A stretch of 64,000 nt of DNA from Paraspadella gotoi (GCA_051294375.1 CM119267.1:24997783-25061782); one strand, 5' to 3'; shown: positions 48,701 to 64,000, counted from the stretch's first letter. Numbers and translations: made by a program. The notes: a model not told the origin generated them from the letters alone.

Positions 48701-51167
48701 GATCTTCCTACGATCATTATCGGTAATTAATTAATTAATTTGATCCCAAATGTTTGTTTTTAGGTCTTTTCGTCACTAACCACGACAAAAGCAATGACGA
48801 CGATGAGAATAATGCCGATAATGATTGACTTAATTGATTGACTGATTATTTAATTATTACTTAATTGACTAATTGATTAATTAACTGATTAATTATTTGA
48901 TTAATTAATACATCTTGCATTTACATTTAATATAAAAAGAAAAAGAAGCATAATCAATTAGTGAAACAGTTTTTTTGTTTTTTCCATTTAAACTCATTTC
49001 CACCCAGACGATTCCATCTAAACTTGATTTCCAGTTTAATCACACACTTTCCTACCCACATACAAAATTTCAGGTCAATCGCCCCATGCACTCAAGAGTA
49101 ATTGGCGTTCAAATAGTGAAATATTTTTTTATGTTTTTTTTCTATTTAAACTCATTTCCACTCGGACGATTCCATCGAAAATTCATATCTAGCTCAATCA
49201 CACAAAATTTCATTCCAATCCATAGACCCGATTGGTGTTTTTTGCTAAGGTGGGACGGACGGACAGACAGACAGACGGACATCGTTTTTTTTTGCATAGT
49301 TTATCATAATTCGATGTTCTGACATGATATAAGTGAGTGCCCGACAAGATTGAGTAGGCGGACCGACAAAGTGAATTATAAAAAATGAAGGGAAGAAATT
49401 AAGAGGAAATAAAGGTAAATAAAGGAAGAGGGGGGTGGGGAAATAGGGGATCAGATACGGGCTAGAGACGAGGGTGAACTAAGAGAAGATAATATTAAGG
49501 AAAGTGAAAAAGAAAACAAGAAAAAGAAAAAAGTGAAAAGAGGGAAAGAGAAAAAAGCTCGAATGAAAAACGCAGGAGAAACAACGGAGCAACGACCGAT
49601 AAATGAAATCACATTAAAAAGAAGACTTTTTTGACAGAAAGTTTTATTACTTTTCCCCCTCGTTTTTGCAAAAGGACAAATGACCCCCTGTTGCGTAATA
49701 TTCGTCTTTCTCACCTCCTTCGCCTTCTGCAGTCGCCCGTGATTGCGTTCAAAGTCCGCGTATTTTTTCCAATAACCGTAACAATAAGGATAACGCTTGA
49801 AGAAGGCGTCAAAGACTGAGCGGGCGGCGTGAAGATCGTTCTGATTATAAAGAAATAATAACGATCCGTTGCTCTTGTCAGTGACTGACTCTCTCCGGGA
49901 AAATTGTCAACTTACTTTTCTCTCCACGTAATCGAGGAGGTGAGTCCAGGCTGAAAAGTCCGTCGGATCGTCCTTGACCGCCTTCCATCGTTTTTTCAGT
50001 CCGGATCTTTCATCCTCTTTTATTTCTTCCCTCTTTTTCTCCTCACTTTTTCCTCTACTTTCCTCATTCTCTCCTCGTCTTTCTTTCTCGTCTCCGTCCG
50101 TTTCAAAGACATCTCTTTCTTTATTTTCCTCCTCCGCATCCTCTTCTTTAGGTTTTCTTTCTATTACGTCCACTTTCCTCCCTGCCTTCTTTTTTTCTTC
50201 CTCCATCGCCTTATCTTCTCCGTCGATCTCCTTTATCTCCTCTTCCCCCTCTTCCTCCTTTTCCTCCTCGACACCTTCTTCCTCTTCCTCCTCTTGGGAG
50301 AGAGACTTTTGCCGGAGCTGAGGCGACGATCGTCGATCCAGTTGCTCGTTTGATTGAGAAATCGTTTCTTCATCCGCCGTCTCCTTCGTTATCATCTCCT
50401 TCCTCTCTCGCGGTCGATTATCCTCTTCTATCTCTCTCACGTTTTCTCCTCCATCACTTTCGTGATAAAACTTTTCTTTGTCTCGAGATATAAGCTGCGA
50501 ATCTTTCTTTCTTTTCTTAATTCGCTTCTCCGATCTTCCTTTCGCAGTCTTTTCCCACTCTGGTTTCTCTTTTTTCTCTCTTATTGTCTCCTTGACCCGT
50601 TTTACTTTCTCGTCTTCTCTGCGACTCATTTCATGAAATTCTTTTCGATCTCCTTCCAATTTTTCCTCTTCGGTCCAATCTTTCACATCCTGACCTTCAC
50701 TTCCTTTCTTCACATCTTTCAATAACTGTTCTCCCGACAACGCGCTTCTTTCTTCCTCGAGTTGAACCTCCTCGGTTGGACTCAACCTTCCCGTTGACGC
50801 ACCCTCCTCCGTTGGCACATCTAACTCCCCGTCAGCGAGTGGGGAGCGCGGAGACAACTCGAGAAAGACGAGAGGAACGAGGGGCTCGAGGTCTCGGCCG
50901 GGCGTTAGAGGAATGGGGATCGACTCGCTGTCCGAATCTGCGGGGATGTGAGTTCTAATCAAATAAAAATAAAAAAAAAGAGAGAGAGAGGTACGTACCT
51001 GCTTCGCCAGGAAAATAGAGTCCATAGGGCGAAGGTGGCGCCGACCAGGGCATCACGTTCTCAGCCCTAACATCATCGGCCCCGGTTCCATCGGCACCAT
51101 CGGACGCGCGTCTCAGTGAAGGAGGGGAATGCTCCCTCCAACTCTCTGTCGAATCCGACTCCTCCAT
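36929..51167 (-). CDS. PRPF39: Pre-mRNA-processing factor 39 (HAT-repeat U1 snRNP protein)
   Basis: Exons 51167-50999, 50937-49916, 49840-49715, 47434-47316, 46413-46246, 39765-39537 (or 39525), 38555-38418, 38314-38077, 38001-37772, 37683-37495 and 37264-36929 join in frame. Motifs [44 protein letters not shown] and [15 protein letters not shown]. Confidence 0.95.
38624..38806. mobile_element. Small MITE with telomere-like CCCTAA motifs
   Basis: Imperfect TIRs GGG(C/T)TA...TTTTACTTTCGCC; interior ACCCTAACCCT repeats. Confidence 0.55.
42849..44166 (-). mobile_element. Short LTR element C (non-autonomous), present in one arm only
   Basis: Direct repeats 42849-43045 and 43990-44166; TSD TATC (empty site at ~45538). 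PBS-like TGGTGAGCC on the minus strand at 43963-43955; G-tract before the other LTR. An LTR fragment also lies at 63333-63391. Confidence 0.82.
44460..45190. repeat. Polypyrimidine satellite (~CCCCATCTCTCTCCCTTTT)n with an assembly gap at 45014-45038
   Basis: Read directly. The reverse-complement tract is at 39781-39890. Confidence 0.9.
48675..49381 (-). mobile_element. DINE-1/HINE-like repeat, 5'-truncated, in PRPF39 intron 3
   Basis: ACAAGTTTGAGCAAACCATGTCGGATCT 3' end, (GACA/GACG)n, and the shared core. Confidence 0.72.
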
Positions 51168-51526
51168 CGTCTCTCTCCCCTCGCGCTCCCGCTCCTACTC
51201 CCGCTCGTTCTCTCTCTCTCTCTCTCCCTCTCTCTCTCTCTCACAATTACAATTGCCTCACGTTCTAAGTTACAATCTTTCTAAAAAAACTGTTTGTAAA
51301 AACAATGAAAAAAAATAAGATTTTTGATTTTGGTAATAAAAAAACAAACTTAATTGTAAATTCAAAAAAAAAAAAGATTGTACTGTGGCGGTATAATTTA
51401 ATCTCACGTGATCACCACGAAGCCCCTGAAAACCAAATATTGAGCAAGCAAGTCAATCAATCCGAATAAAAGTACCCATTGCATTGTTGAAAATAATGCC
51501 ATATAATCCATCGGGGACAATTTATG

Positions 51527-52569
51527 TTATTTTGTGACTGCAACCTTTCTGGCACAAACTGTGATGAGTGCTCCATTCCATTCCTCGCACCCCAAATCAA
51601 CAAAACCCACGCGACGATACAGAGGCAGGTTTTTTGCAGTGGATGAATACAGCATCAATGGAATATTCTTGGCATCGTAATGATTGATGATGTAATCGAG
51701 CGCCGCGGAACCGTAACCCTAGGTATCGAAAATTCGTCGTGGAATTGGAATCCGAATGGAAAGCATTCATCTCACCTTCCTTCGGTGATCAGGCATTGTG
51801 CAAAGCCAATGTAATTCCGATACCCGTCGGGGATCGTTTATCTCGCTCGTTGGAATGGAGAGATAATTGGCCACAAAATACTGACAAATGAACAATGACA
51901 ATGAGCATATGTTTTTACATCACCTCTTAACGACCTAAACCCACTTTCAGTCGGTCCAAAACAGCAAGGAAACCACGATCTTTAAAAAACATTTTTGGTC
52001 CATTCAAGCCAAACCATTTCATCATAAAATAAAGAGAGGTCATTGTAACGCCTACTCCTTCATAGGGCATGGGATTGCAATAAGCAATTGTAACAATAGA
52101 ATTCTTTGTTTCTAAATAAACCGGGTGAAAGTTAATTCATACAAAAAATGGAAAGTTTTACCAGAAAATACCTTCTTTATTCTTGACAACGATCATCAAA
52201 GGCTCATAGATTTCCAAGAAAGTTTCCGTTGGACTTAGGCTAAAGCGGTAATGTATACTTGCCACACTAAAAAAAAACTGACTGATTTTATCGATGGGGT
52301 GGTAGCCGCTTAAAAAAGAAAAATGTTCTCAGGCCTCTCATCACGAACAATTAGAAAAGAACAATCCCAACTTACGAATTGATATACTTCTTCCTCATCT
52401 TTTCCTCAGACGAAAAAACTTTGATAACAGGATCATCCTTAAAGCCTTCGACGAACACACGTCTGGCCTCTTCAGCGTCTGTCGGCGACAGAGGGACAAC
52501 CTCAGGTTTGAGGATTGACGTCGGTTGCATCAAGTTGTCACCATCATCGCCGACAATTACGCTCGCCAT
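51527..52569 (-). CDS. GNAT N-acetyltransferase (puromycin-acetyltransferase-like), copy 1, multi-exon
   Basis: VFVEGFKDDP ... LHWLCTMPDHRRK|GYGSAAL (acetyl-CoA motif A) ... IPLMLYSSTAKNLPLYRRVGF. Short GT-AG introns; some internal boundaries not fully resolved. Confidence 0.85.
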
Positions 52570-53057
52570 AGTCACCAAAAATGTCTTGCACGCATGTAAA
52601 TGTTTTTAATTATTGGTTAATCTTAACTGTATAAAATGCAAATAATGAAAAAGTAGACTAGTGGACCTTACATAAGTATTTGTACAGTCTCGTTAAAAAG
52701 GTAACGATATAAAATTCATATATATCCTGCGACAAAGATAGTAAAAAAATATACCTCAAATAAAATAATAGAAAAAATAATGCCGGAAAAAGGATTTTCT
52801 ACCGAATTTTATAATAAAAGATAAGATCAAATAAAATGTCGTTAACAACCAGGTTCAAATCAGTAAGTGCAGATTGGTCAACCCTGCGTTTCAATAAGAA
52901 AATGTTGGAATGATAAAGTTTAAAAGGAAAAAAAGGAGAGAAAAATTTTAGCTGCGAGTCTACTTCATTTTTTTTTAATTATTCCTTTGTAGAGTGAGAC
53001 TAATGTTGAGAGTTTGAAAACGATCGACGAATGATCCAGACTTCGTTTTAGTAAATA

Positions 53058-53676
53058 CAGGGAGGTCCAGCTCTTTTGGGACTAACTTTAAAAAATTGTT
53101 TGGATGGGTAAATAAAAAAATAATCTTATGAAAATTAGTACACTTGTGAAAAATTGTAATGTTAACACAATAAATTAAAAAGATTTCCCTTCGGCAACCA
53201 TGACCTTCTCCAAAGGTTCAGAGAAGGCAGTATATGCTTTTTCGACCGCGTCAGTAGGGAATGCTGTCATTTTTGTCACTATTCTTACCGTCAGAAAGTC
53301 GACAGTTTTAGAGGGGATACGTAGGACATTCGACTTCCTTATCTAACATTTTCATTAATCAGAGGGATTGCAGTCAGAAAAACGGCGTGGCCAAATGTAA
53401 GCAATTACCATCTTTCATCTTGATTTTCAGTAAAATTTTTAAGGAAGCGGCGCTATGTGGAAATCATTTCTGTTTTGGAAGCGGCGGGAAGAATTTTGAC
53501 ATGTCATGCAAAAATCTTTAAATACAGTATTAGTTGTTAGATTTTTCAAACGTTTTTGATATCGATTGAAAGAAAATTTAGCCCAGTTTCCAAATATAAT
53601 CCCTTGTTTCCTCTATCATATAGCGTTCAAGCACTTGAAGTTAGTCCCTTAAGAGCTAGACCTCCCTGAGTCCCTG
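53058..53676. mobile_element. Tc1/mariner-type MITE between the GNAT genes
   Basis: TIR CAGGGAGGTC(C/T)AGCTCTT..GGGACTAACTT, with TA flanks. Confidence 0.7.
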
Positions 53677-53726
53677 TATATCCCAGTTCTGCATTTTATT
53701 TTATTTTTTTCGACAGGTTGAGTTCA

Positions 53727-54930
53727 CTACGGAACTTTTCTGGCGCAGACGGACATGACGGCGCCTCTCCAAGTTTCACTCCCCAAAAGCTGGAAACCTA
53801 AGCGACGATAAAAAGACAAGTTGCGCGGGTTGGAAGAAATCAAGATCACTGGAATATTCATCTCGTCAAAGTGACGCAATACGAAGCCGAGGGCAGCGGA
53901 ACCGTAAGCCTGAGGGCAAAGTAATGCGCGTTCAATGATGAATCAATGCGTACCATGTACAACCTGTTCCCCCAACTTAATTTAGTTGATTTAGTATATA
54001 AAAACCTTTCCGACTTGCGAAGGATGACAGGCGATCATTTCCAAAACGCTCATTCTCTTAGGATCGTTTTTCTTGTCTCTGGGCACAGACAGAAAGTCCG
54101 CCGCGAGATCCTGAGTCATTTGAAAGAGTCAATCGGGAGAATTAACATCCGTCGGCCAATAACTAATCCAGTTCACCGACAACATCAAAAATAAACTTAC
54201 TGTCAATCTCTCCGTCACGTCATAAGCACCGAATACTCTCTTCACCCACTTCATTCCAGTTTTGAAGCCGAGACGATTCACGGCGCATCTTATCAAAACT
54301 CGGATCAACTCGAAGTGAGAAGATGCTGGAACGGGATTGCATAAGGCCGCCGCCACCACCATTTCCTTTTGGTCTGAGGTGTGAGAAGTGAGATGTGAGT
54401 TGAGTGAAGCAACGAAGATTCGATATATCGATTTGATGATTACCTACGACGTCTTTCACGACGACGGAAAAAGGCAAATCGGTTTCTCGAAATCTTTCGG
54501 CCGTACGTAAGCAGAAATGGAAATTGAAGTCGACGTAACTAAAACCAGAGACATCAATGCAAAAATTTTCAACAGAGGTCACGCCGTTTCTTTATTTTCA
54601 TCAATGTTTTTTGCAATCCTCGCCCTTTTTTTCTCATAGACTTTGGCCATGAACTGCAACTAACACCATTAATAAGACCAAGATTAAAGAACCTTTGGAA
54701 ACTTACGCGTTCAAGCACTCCGGCATGATTTGATCGTCGGGGCTTATGACTTTTTGAAGAGGATCGTCGAGGAATCCCTCGACCAAGACACACCGGGACT
54801 CCTCAGCCTCCGCCGGCGTCATTTCCATAGCTCGTCGCGAAGACGACGACGTCGCCGATTGCGACGCCTTTGGCGGAGAGGGTGACTTCACGGCGCCACT
54901 AACACTTTTTTCAGGGTCGTCGTCACTCAT
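53727..54930 (-). CDS. GNAT N-acetyltransferase (puromycin-acetyltransferase-like), copy 2, multi-exon
   Basis: VLVEGFLDDP ... PSQVGK|AYGSAAL ... IPVILISSNPRNLSFYRRLGF...VCARKVP*. Intron layout similar to copy 1. Confidence 0.85.
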
Positions 54931-55099
54931 GATAGCATGAAGTTTGTGATCATGGTATCATTATCACAAAGTTTATTTTTATCACCAAAAGGCAACTAGG
55001 AATTATAATTTAATATTCTATAAAATAATTTTATTAATAAATTAGTAACAAATAAAGAAAGAATAGTGAAACTTGAGAAAAAAACTTATGTTTGAGTAA

Positions 55100-58245
<3,146 letters not shown>

Positions 58246-59922
58246 TGCAAAATTTCCAAACGAAAGACTGTCGCTTTTAGTTGAGAAAAAAAAATTTGAT
58301 GCAAGCCAAAGAGAAAATAAAACCAAGATTAAAAATCCAAGGAGAAAAAATCTTCTTCTCCAATGAAAAGAAAATTGAAAGGAAACGGGTTTGATTGATT
58401 CGATGGCAGCAGAAGAAAATCAATGAAAATACCAAGAAAATGTTTTCGGAAAAGCCATCTCGTTACAAAAGAGATTTGTAGCAAAGGTAATTACGTAAAT
58501 GAAAGATTTATGTAGATTGTAGAACAAAGGCACGCCGGAAAGAACAACCGCTAAAAAGGGATGAAGAGAAAAAGGTGAAAAAGCTGCGCGGAATGGATTG
58601 GAGACAAGAGCACACTCTTAAAAAAATAATAAAAACACCTTGTTAACAATTCAATATATAATTGCGTATAGCTAATGTACCTGTAATTTCAGTATCATTA
58701 TTTATTAAGCGAAAACAATACGGTCAGATCATGCAAGATCGCGGCACTTCGATAAGTGGAGTAAGCAGTTTAATCAAAGATCAATAAGTCAGACAAGATT
58801 AAAAATAGTTAACCGGTTGGATTCTACGCGTACGATATATATTTTTTTACAGGTCGACCATCAATAAATGATCTCTACATAATGATTCTAACTCAATTTT
58901 CTGTAACCATAACTACACTACGGCGAAAAAAAGTAGCCACCAGTTAGCTTTAAATAAACCACTATTTCTTATTTAATTTTTAAAAATTATACATAAAAAG
59001 TATAGCTCTTTTAAAGAGCTATCGATTAGTGCAAAAAAAAAATTGAATTAGTTCAGGCAGTACAATATAGCAAGACTTTAAAATCAGAATCTCAAAACGA
59101 AATTAAGAAAAAGTTATTTCTAAAGATTTTTTAAAGTAAAGGTTAAAGTTAATAGCACTTCTTTTTCTGACTGATGTTTATAATATAAAATTAACAAAAA
59201 CATAATTAAATTAAATATATAAAAAATTTAGTAATAAATTTGATTTACTTTTCTATAAAAATATTTTTTCATTACCGCTAAATATAACATTTTAATAATA
59301 AATACTGAAAACAATTAATCTTTTTTACAATTATCTCAAAATTAAAAAAAAATTCAATGACAAAAATAAAAAAAATAATTCTAATATAATTGTATGAGTT
59401 TAGATTATTTTGCTTCAATACAACATCGCAGAAGGAATCAGAACTCCAAAATCGAAATCGGATCAGCGACTCCGGGAAAAATCCACCGGAATCAGAATGG
59501 AACATTCTCATTGGTCGAGGCAACAAATGGCACCGGCCAATGGTCAGATGGGCTTCCTTCCGCCGAGGATTTTTTACCCTTACCTCCGATCCGTTTGCAC
59601 TGTATAAAAGGAACCAAAACCTGTACTGATTCATTCTGCCCGAAAATTGACACGCGTCTTTGTTATTATTGTCTATTTTCTGAGAAATAAAATCCACTTT
59701 GATTTCGTCTCGAAATCCCTATCTATTTACTTAATTGTGGGGGCAGCGGTGGGATTCGAACCCACAAGAAGCCATAAAGAAAAAAATTTAAGTAGTATAA
59801 AAAAACTTTAAAAATAACCTTGGGTTATCACTTAACTGCTTTTTTATTACTTTTAAATAATTATTTTTCCATATAGTTTTTCTATTTATTTTAATTAAAT
59901 TTAGGTTAAAAATGGTTAACAC

Positions 59923-61151
59923 TAGAGTTCCGATAACCGTTAATTTTTTAGGAAATTCGCTTAACCGTTAAATCTAACATTTTTAACGGTTAACCGTTAA
60001 GATCGGTTAATTTTATAATTTAACTTTAAATTTAAAATATTTAGATTTAAAACAAACTAAAGTATTTAATGGTATTTTCTCTTTAACTCTGGCTCTTGAA
60101 TGCGCTGATAAAGACTTGAAACAGAGTCGAAACATGTCTGTTTTTTATGTCAAATAAAATTGTTGTTGTAACAAAACAAATATTTTTGCTAATCTCATAA
60201 CACAACAAAACGAAAGGATATCATCAAATTCTAATTCTATATTTTGTTTTCTCTTTCTCTCTTTTGCTTTCTCTTTTTCTTTCTCTACTTCTTCTCTTCC
60301 TCATTATTTTTGTAGTTGTTAGTTTCTTAAACGCTTGTTTTCTGTTGTTAGTCTTTCATAAACTATGACCATTGACCAATGGTCATTGACCATAAATATA
60401 AATATGAATTTTAATTTATTGATAGACTGATCGATTTATCAATTGATCAAAATATTTATTGATTAATAAATATATTTTTCAGTTTAATTAAAAAGTATAT
60501 CATCATTATTCTTTTTTATATGTCTTTTTTAAGATTGGTTCCTTCTATTATTAATTTTTAAATTAAAAAAAAAAATTTATTTGGTTTTTTATTCATTTTT
60601 TTCATTCATTCGGTTTTATTTCATTTGCTTCTTTGTTAATTTTAAAGAGGGAAAGAAAAAGAGAGAAAAAGTAAAATAAGAGGGATTATTTATTTTTAGC
60701 TAAATTGAATATATATTATTGCATGAAAGGGCAAAAAAAAGGAAAAAGGTAAAAGCAAAGGGCGAAAAAAGGAGAAAAAAGAAAGGGGAAAGATAAAGGG
60801 GAAAAGTGAAAAAGAAAAAGAAAGGAACAGGAGAGATAAATAAAGGGGAAGAAAGAATAAAAGAGAGATGAGGATAGAAAAAAAAGAAGAAAATAACAAA
60901 GGAAAAAAGCAGGGAAAAATTGGAGAAAAGAGAGAGGGGTAAAAATATGGTGAGAAGGGGCGAGGAGAATAAGAGAGAACAGAAAAAAAATAGGTTTTTT
61001 TTTAAATTTAAAGATTTCATACCAAAAAATGAAAAAAATCACATTTGAGAATTAACCGAATTTAACCGTTAAAATAAATATATTAACGGTTAAGTTAAAA
61101 TTATTTTTAACCGTTAATAACCGTTAACAGTTAACGGTTATCGGAACACTA
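59923..61151. mobile_element. hAT-type MITE
   Basis: TIR TAG(A/T)GTTCCGATAACCGTTAA; perfect 8-bp TSD GTTAACAC; subterminal AACCGTTA repeats. Confidence 0.88.
60102..60141 (+). ncRNA. Degenerate minimal type I hammerhead ribozyme (Penelope-like)
   Basis: CTGATAA-A-GACT(TGAAACAG)AGTC-GAAACATGTC has stem II, GAAA, palindromic stem III and a GTC site. G8>A change and a weak stem I. Confidence 0.5.
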
Positions 61152-61929
61152 GTTAACACCTATTATCCCTACAGATATTTGATGCTGAATTTGTTCAGAT
61201 ATTTTTTTATTATAAATATTTAATAATAAAGAAAGTCAAACTTTTTTTTATTTAAAATTAATTTATTCTCATCAGATTTTTTGTACCAGTCAACTTTGAC
61301 GTCCTGTAAATTTCGACCACTTTGCTTGATTTTAATAGGACTTGGACCAATCGCCTTATCTTTTAATAATAGCTTTGTAAAATTCAGTCATCCAATATAG
61401 TTTTTCTCGGTGCAAAACAAGTGGCTACTTTTTTTTGCGCCGCAGTGTATATTAACTAATCATCGGAATGAAAAAAGGTGCAACGGTAATAAGTGGAATT
61501 ACTTTATAGAAAATAAAGACCCGATTTGATTTCGATTGATTTTGGGGGAAAGCAGAAAAAAATGTTTTAAAAAAAATTTTTTTTAAAAATCTCACATAAA
61601 CTACTGGAACTTTGGAAATAAATACAAAACGGGAAAAGGAAAACAAAACTGGAATGAAAATTTTCGTGCGGCAGAGAAACAAAACGCGAATGGGAACAAC
61701 AGACTTTTAATTTTAATTTAAAGGAGTGATTCTGGGATGGAATCAAAAAGATGGCGAGAAGTATTGAAGGGGTTTTAAGGGAACTGATGATTCTAAAGTC
61801 GCTAGAGAAACTAGATAAAATACTTTCCCCGCCCCACGGTCGGCTTTGACCCATTCGCTCTTATCTCAGGATATATGGCGCTCGTAAACAGGAACGGCGA
61901 AGCACTTGAAAAAACTCGAGGCTCCACTT

Positions 61930-64000
61930 TCAAAGGCCGAGGACGTCAATCGAGGTAGACGGGTCGGCGAGACGTTCGAAGATCCCGACCAGGCAATCGA
62001 GGCCAAAGAGGTATCCGTCCTCGCGGTTGCCTTCAACCTAAGTAAATTGGAGAGGATTTGAAATTTGTTGAAAAAACGTTGATTAGCATTTAACAATGAA
62101 AGACTAAACCCAGGACTGGCGGTGGTCGAGAACGGCCCCTTAATAATGAAAGACTCACCCAGGACTGGCGGTGGTCGAGAACGGCCCCTGAATAATGAAA
62201 CTCACCCAGGGCAGGCGGTGGTGGAGAATGGCCCCTTAATAATGAAACTTACCCAGGGCAGGCGGTGGTCGAGAACGGCCCCTTAATAATGAAACTCACC
62301 CAGGGCAGGCGGTGGTCAAGAACGGCCCCTTAATAATGAAACTCACCCAGGGCAGGCGGTGGTCGATAACGGCCCCTTAACAATGAAACTCACCCAGGGC
62401 AGGCGGTGATCGAGAACGGCCCCTTCTTCCACGGGTTTCGTTTTCCCAAAATCGATCATCCAGACGCCGACGTCGCCGGCGACGTCGTGGACGAAGAGAA
62501 GGCTGCTCCCGATCACCTTTAAGAAAAAGGAAAAGGATCGAAAGCGGGAGATGAAAGTAACAGGGACATATGTCGCACGGGAAAGAAGGAGAAATTGAAG
62601 AAGGAAAAAGTGACAAAAAGAAGGGAAAGAAAAAGGAAACGGAATTTAAAAGGAAGGGAAAAGAGAAACGGAAAGGGGAAAAAGAAATAGGAAATGGAAC
62701 AAACAAGGAACTCACCTCGTGACTCTTAAAAAAGGAGGATCCTTCCAATGTGTCTCTCAGGGAACGAAGCTTCTTTAAGTAGGCACGCTGCAGCTTTGGC
62801 GAGGCATCGGTGAAGCGGCGAATCTGGTCAGAGACATCGGCGACCGACTTTAGGGCTTTAAAGTCTCGAGAGGCAGTCCCGTCAGAGAGTTTGATGGCCT
62901 CCACTCTGAGAATGGATGGGGCGGAAATAATATTAGAGTCGTTAACCTAAACTTTTACAAAATGAGCTGCTCCACCTGAACCCCAAGTTGCTCGTCGAGG
63001 AGATAGTCTCCCTCCAGATCATGTATCGCGGTTTGGTGACGGCCTCTTCCTTTCGCTCCTCCTCCGTCGGCTCCTCGGGGTCAACGTCGATCATCTTCTG
63101 GAACATGTCCTTCCGCGGTTTGGCCTTGAGTCGGGCCAGGGTCAACTCCTCCTCCAAGTAGGTCCTCGTCCCCATTTTGCAGTCCATGATGGAGGGAGAT
63201 TCGAAGTCGATGAGAAGGTCCTGCATCTGGACGTAGAGTTCGTCCTCCTGGATTGACATACATTTACATTCGGGTAAATTTTTTTAATTTAATTTAATTT
63301 TTTTTTAATAAATATTGAAGAGGGTCGCATAAAAAGAGGAGAATAGGAGAGATGAAGATCGAGAGAGAGCGAGAGATCGCCGGATACTACAGTATAATAT
63401 TTAACAAAAGGGTTTGTACCTTCTCAACTCGACCGCGGAACTCTGGCACAAACGGCTTCAACACGTCGCTCATCAACAGTTGGAGAGCGCGCTCTTCGTT
63501 TTCGTTGTGCTTCTTGAGGATTGTGCCAAGAGCCTCTCCCGCTTTAAAGTTGCCCTGGAAAGAAAAAACCTTACCTTTAGTAAGTTAATAAAAGAAATGA
63601 AATTTTGAATAAAAAGATGAGACGGGTAAGAATTTTAATCAAATTATCTTGCGCGAGTCGAATCTCTTCGATATTAACCCTTCCCTCTCTTAATCTTTCC
63701 TCCCTTTCCGCATATCACCTGATGTCCGGCTAACTGAATCCACGGGTATTGCCTTTTCTTAAAGGATTGCACGAAGGGGGACCAGGCCATCACGTTCCGA
63801 ATCTTGCGCCAACACGAGGGCGACTTTCGGTGAGCGGTTTCCTTGACGACCGGGCAACCCAACATCGCCGAGGGTTGTTCCGGCGTTGACGGCGACGACG
63901 GCGTCGAGAGAGAGTCCTTCGACGACTGGCGCTCCTTGACGTCGCCCCCGAATCGGCGACGAACGGCTTCAAAGATGGGAGACTGCGACCGACGTCTGGG
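61930..64000 (-). CDS. ITPK: Inositol-trisphosphate 3-kinase (IPK family), 3' exons; 5' end lies outside the window
   Basis: Motifs [74 protein letters not shown] and [12 protein letters not shown]. Confidence 0.95.
62095..62425. repeat. 47-49-bp tandem repeat (7 copies) spanning an exon end and 5' splice site of the IP3 kinase gene
   Basis: Minus-strand unit GGGGCCGTTCTCGACCACCGCCTGCCCTGG|GTGAGTTTCATTATTAA. Confidence 0.92.

Larger units (their letters stand above)
58916..61447. mobile_element. Tc1/mariner-like non-autonomous element with a nested hAT MITE
   Basis: TIRs CACT(A/G)CGGCG...AAAAAAAGTAGCCAC, with TA flanks. Confidence 0.75.

Noticed and set aside
59380-59690. GC-richer ORF-like patch inside the TIR element
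   Set aside because: Three overlapping short frames with no recognisable motif; possibly TE-derived but unsupported.

Overview
AT-rich eukaryotic (probably invertebrate animal) genomic DNA with GT-AG spliceosomal genes, nearly all on the minus strand. In order: ARPC4 exon 1; a tandem cluster of three large paralogues; PRPF39 (11 exons); two tandem puromycin-acetyltransferase-like GNAT genes; a lysyl-tRNA synthetase with a mitochondrial-type presequence; and the 3' part of an inositol-trisphosphate 3-kinase. The three paralogues (about 1638, 1535 and 1361 aa) share an architecture I do not recognise: dsRBD-like domain + CCHC zinc knuckle, a paralogue-specific low-complexity region, a helical region, and a MUT-7/EXD3-like 3'-5' exonuclease fold. 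That fold has lost its ExoI and ExoIII catalytic acids and keeps invariant C-x6-H and C-x18-H pairs. This family is my best candidate for an undescribed system. The second candidate is a pair of tiny LTR elements (TRIMs) whose ~235-bp LTRs carry a tRNA-derived Pol III-like head followed by a covarying multibranch RNA structure. Intergenic and intronic DNA is packed with MITEs, Tc1 remnants and DINE-1/HINE-like repeats. A multi-kb inverted duplication in PRPF39 intron 5, next to a 25-N gap, is probably an assembly artefact. All domain calls are by eye; no searches were run.
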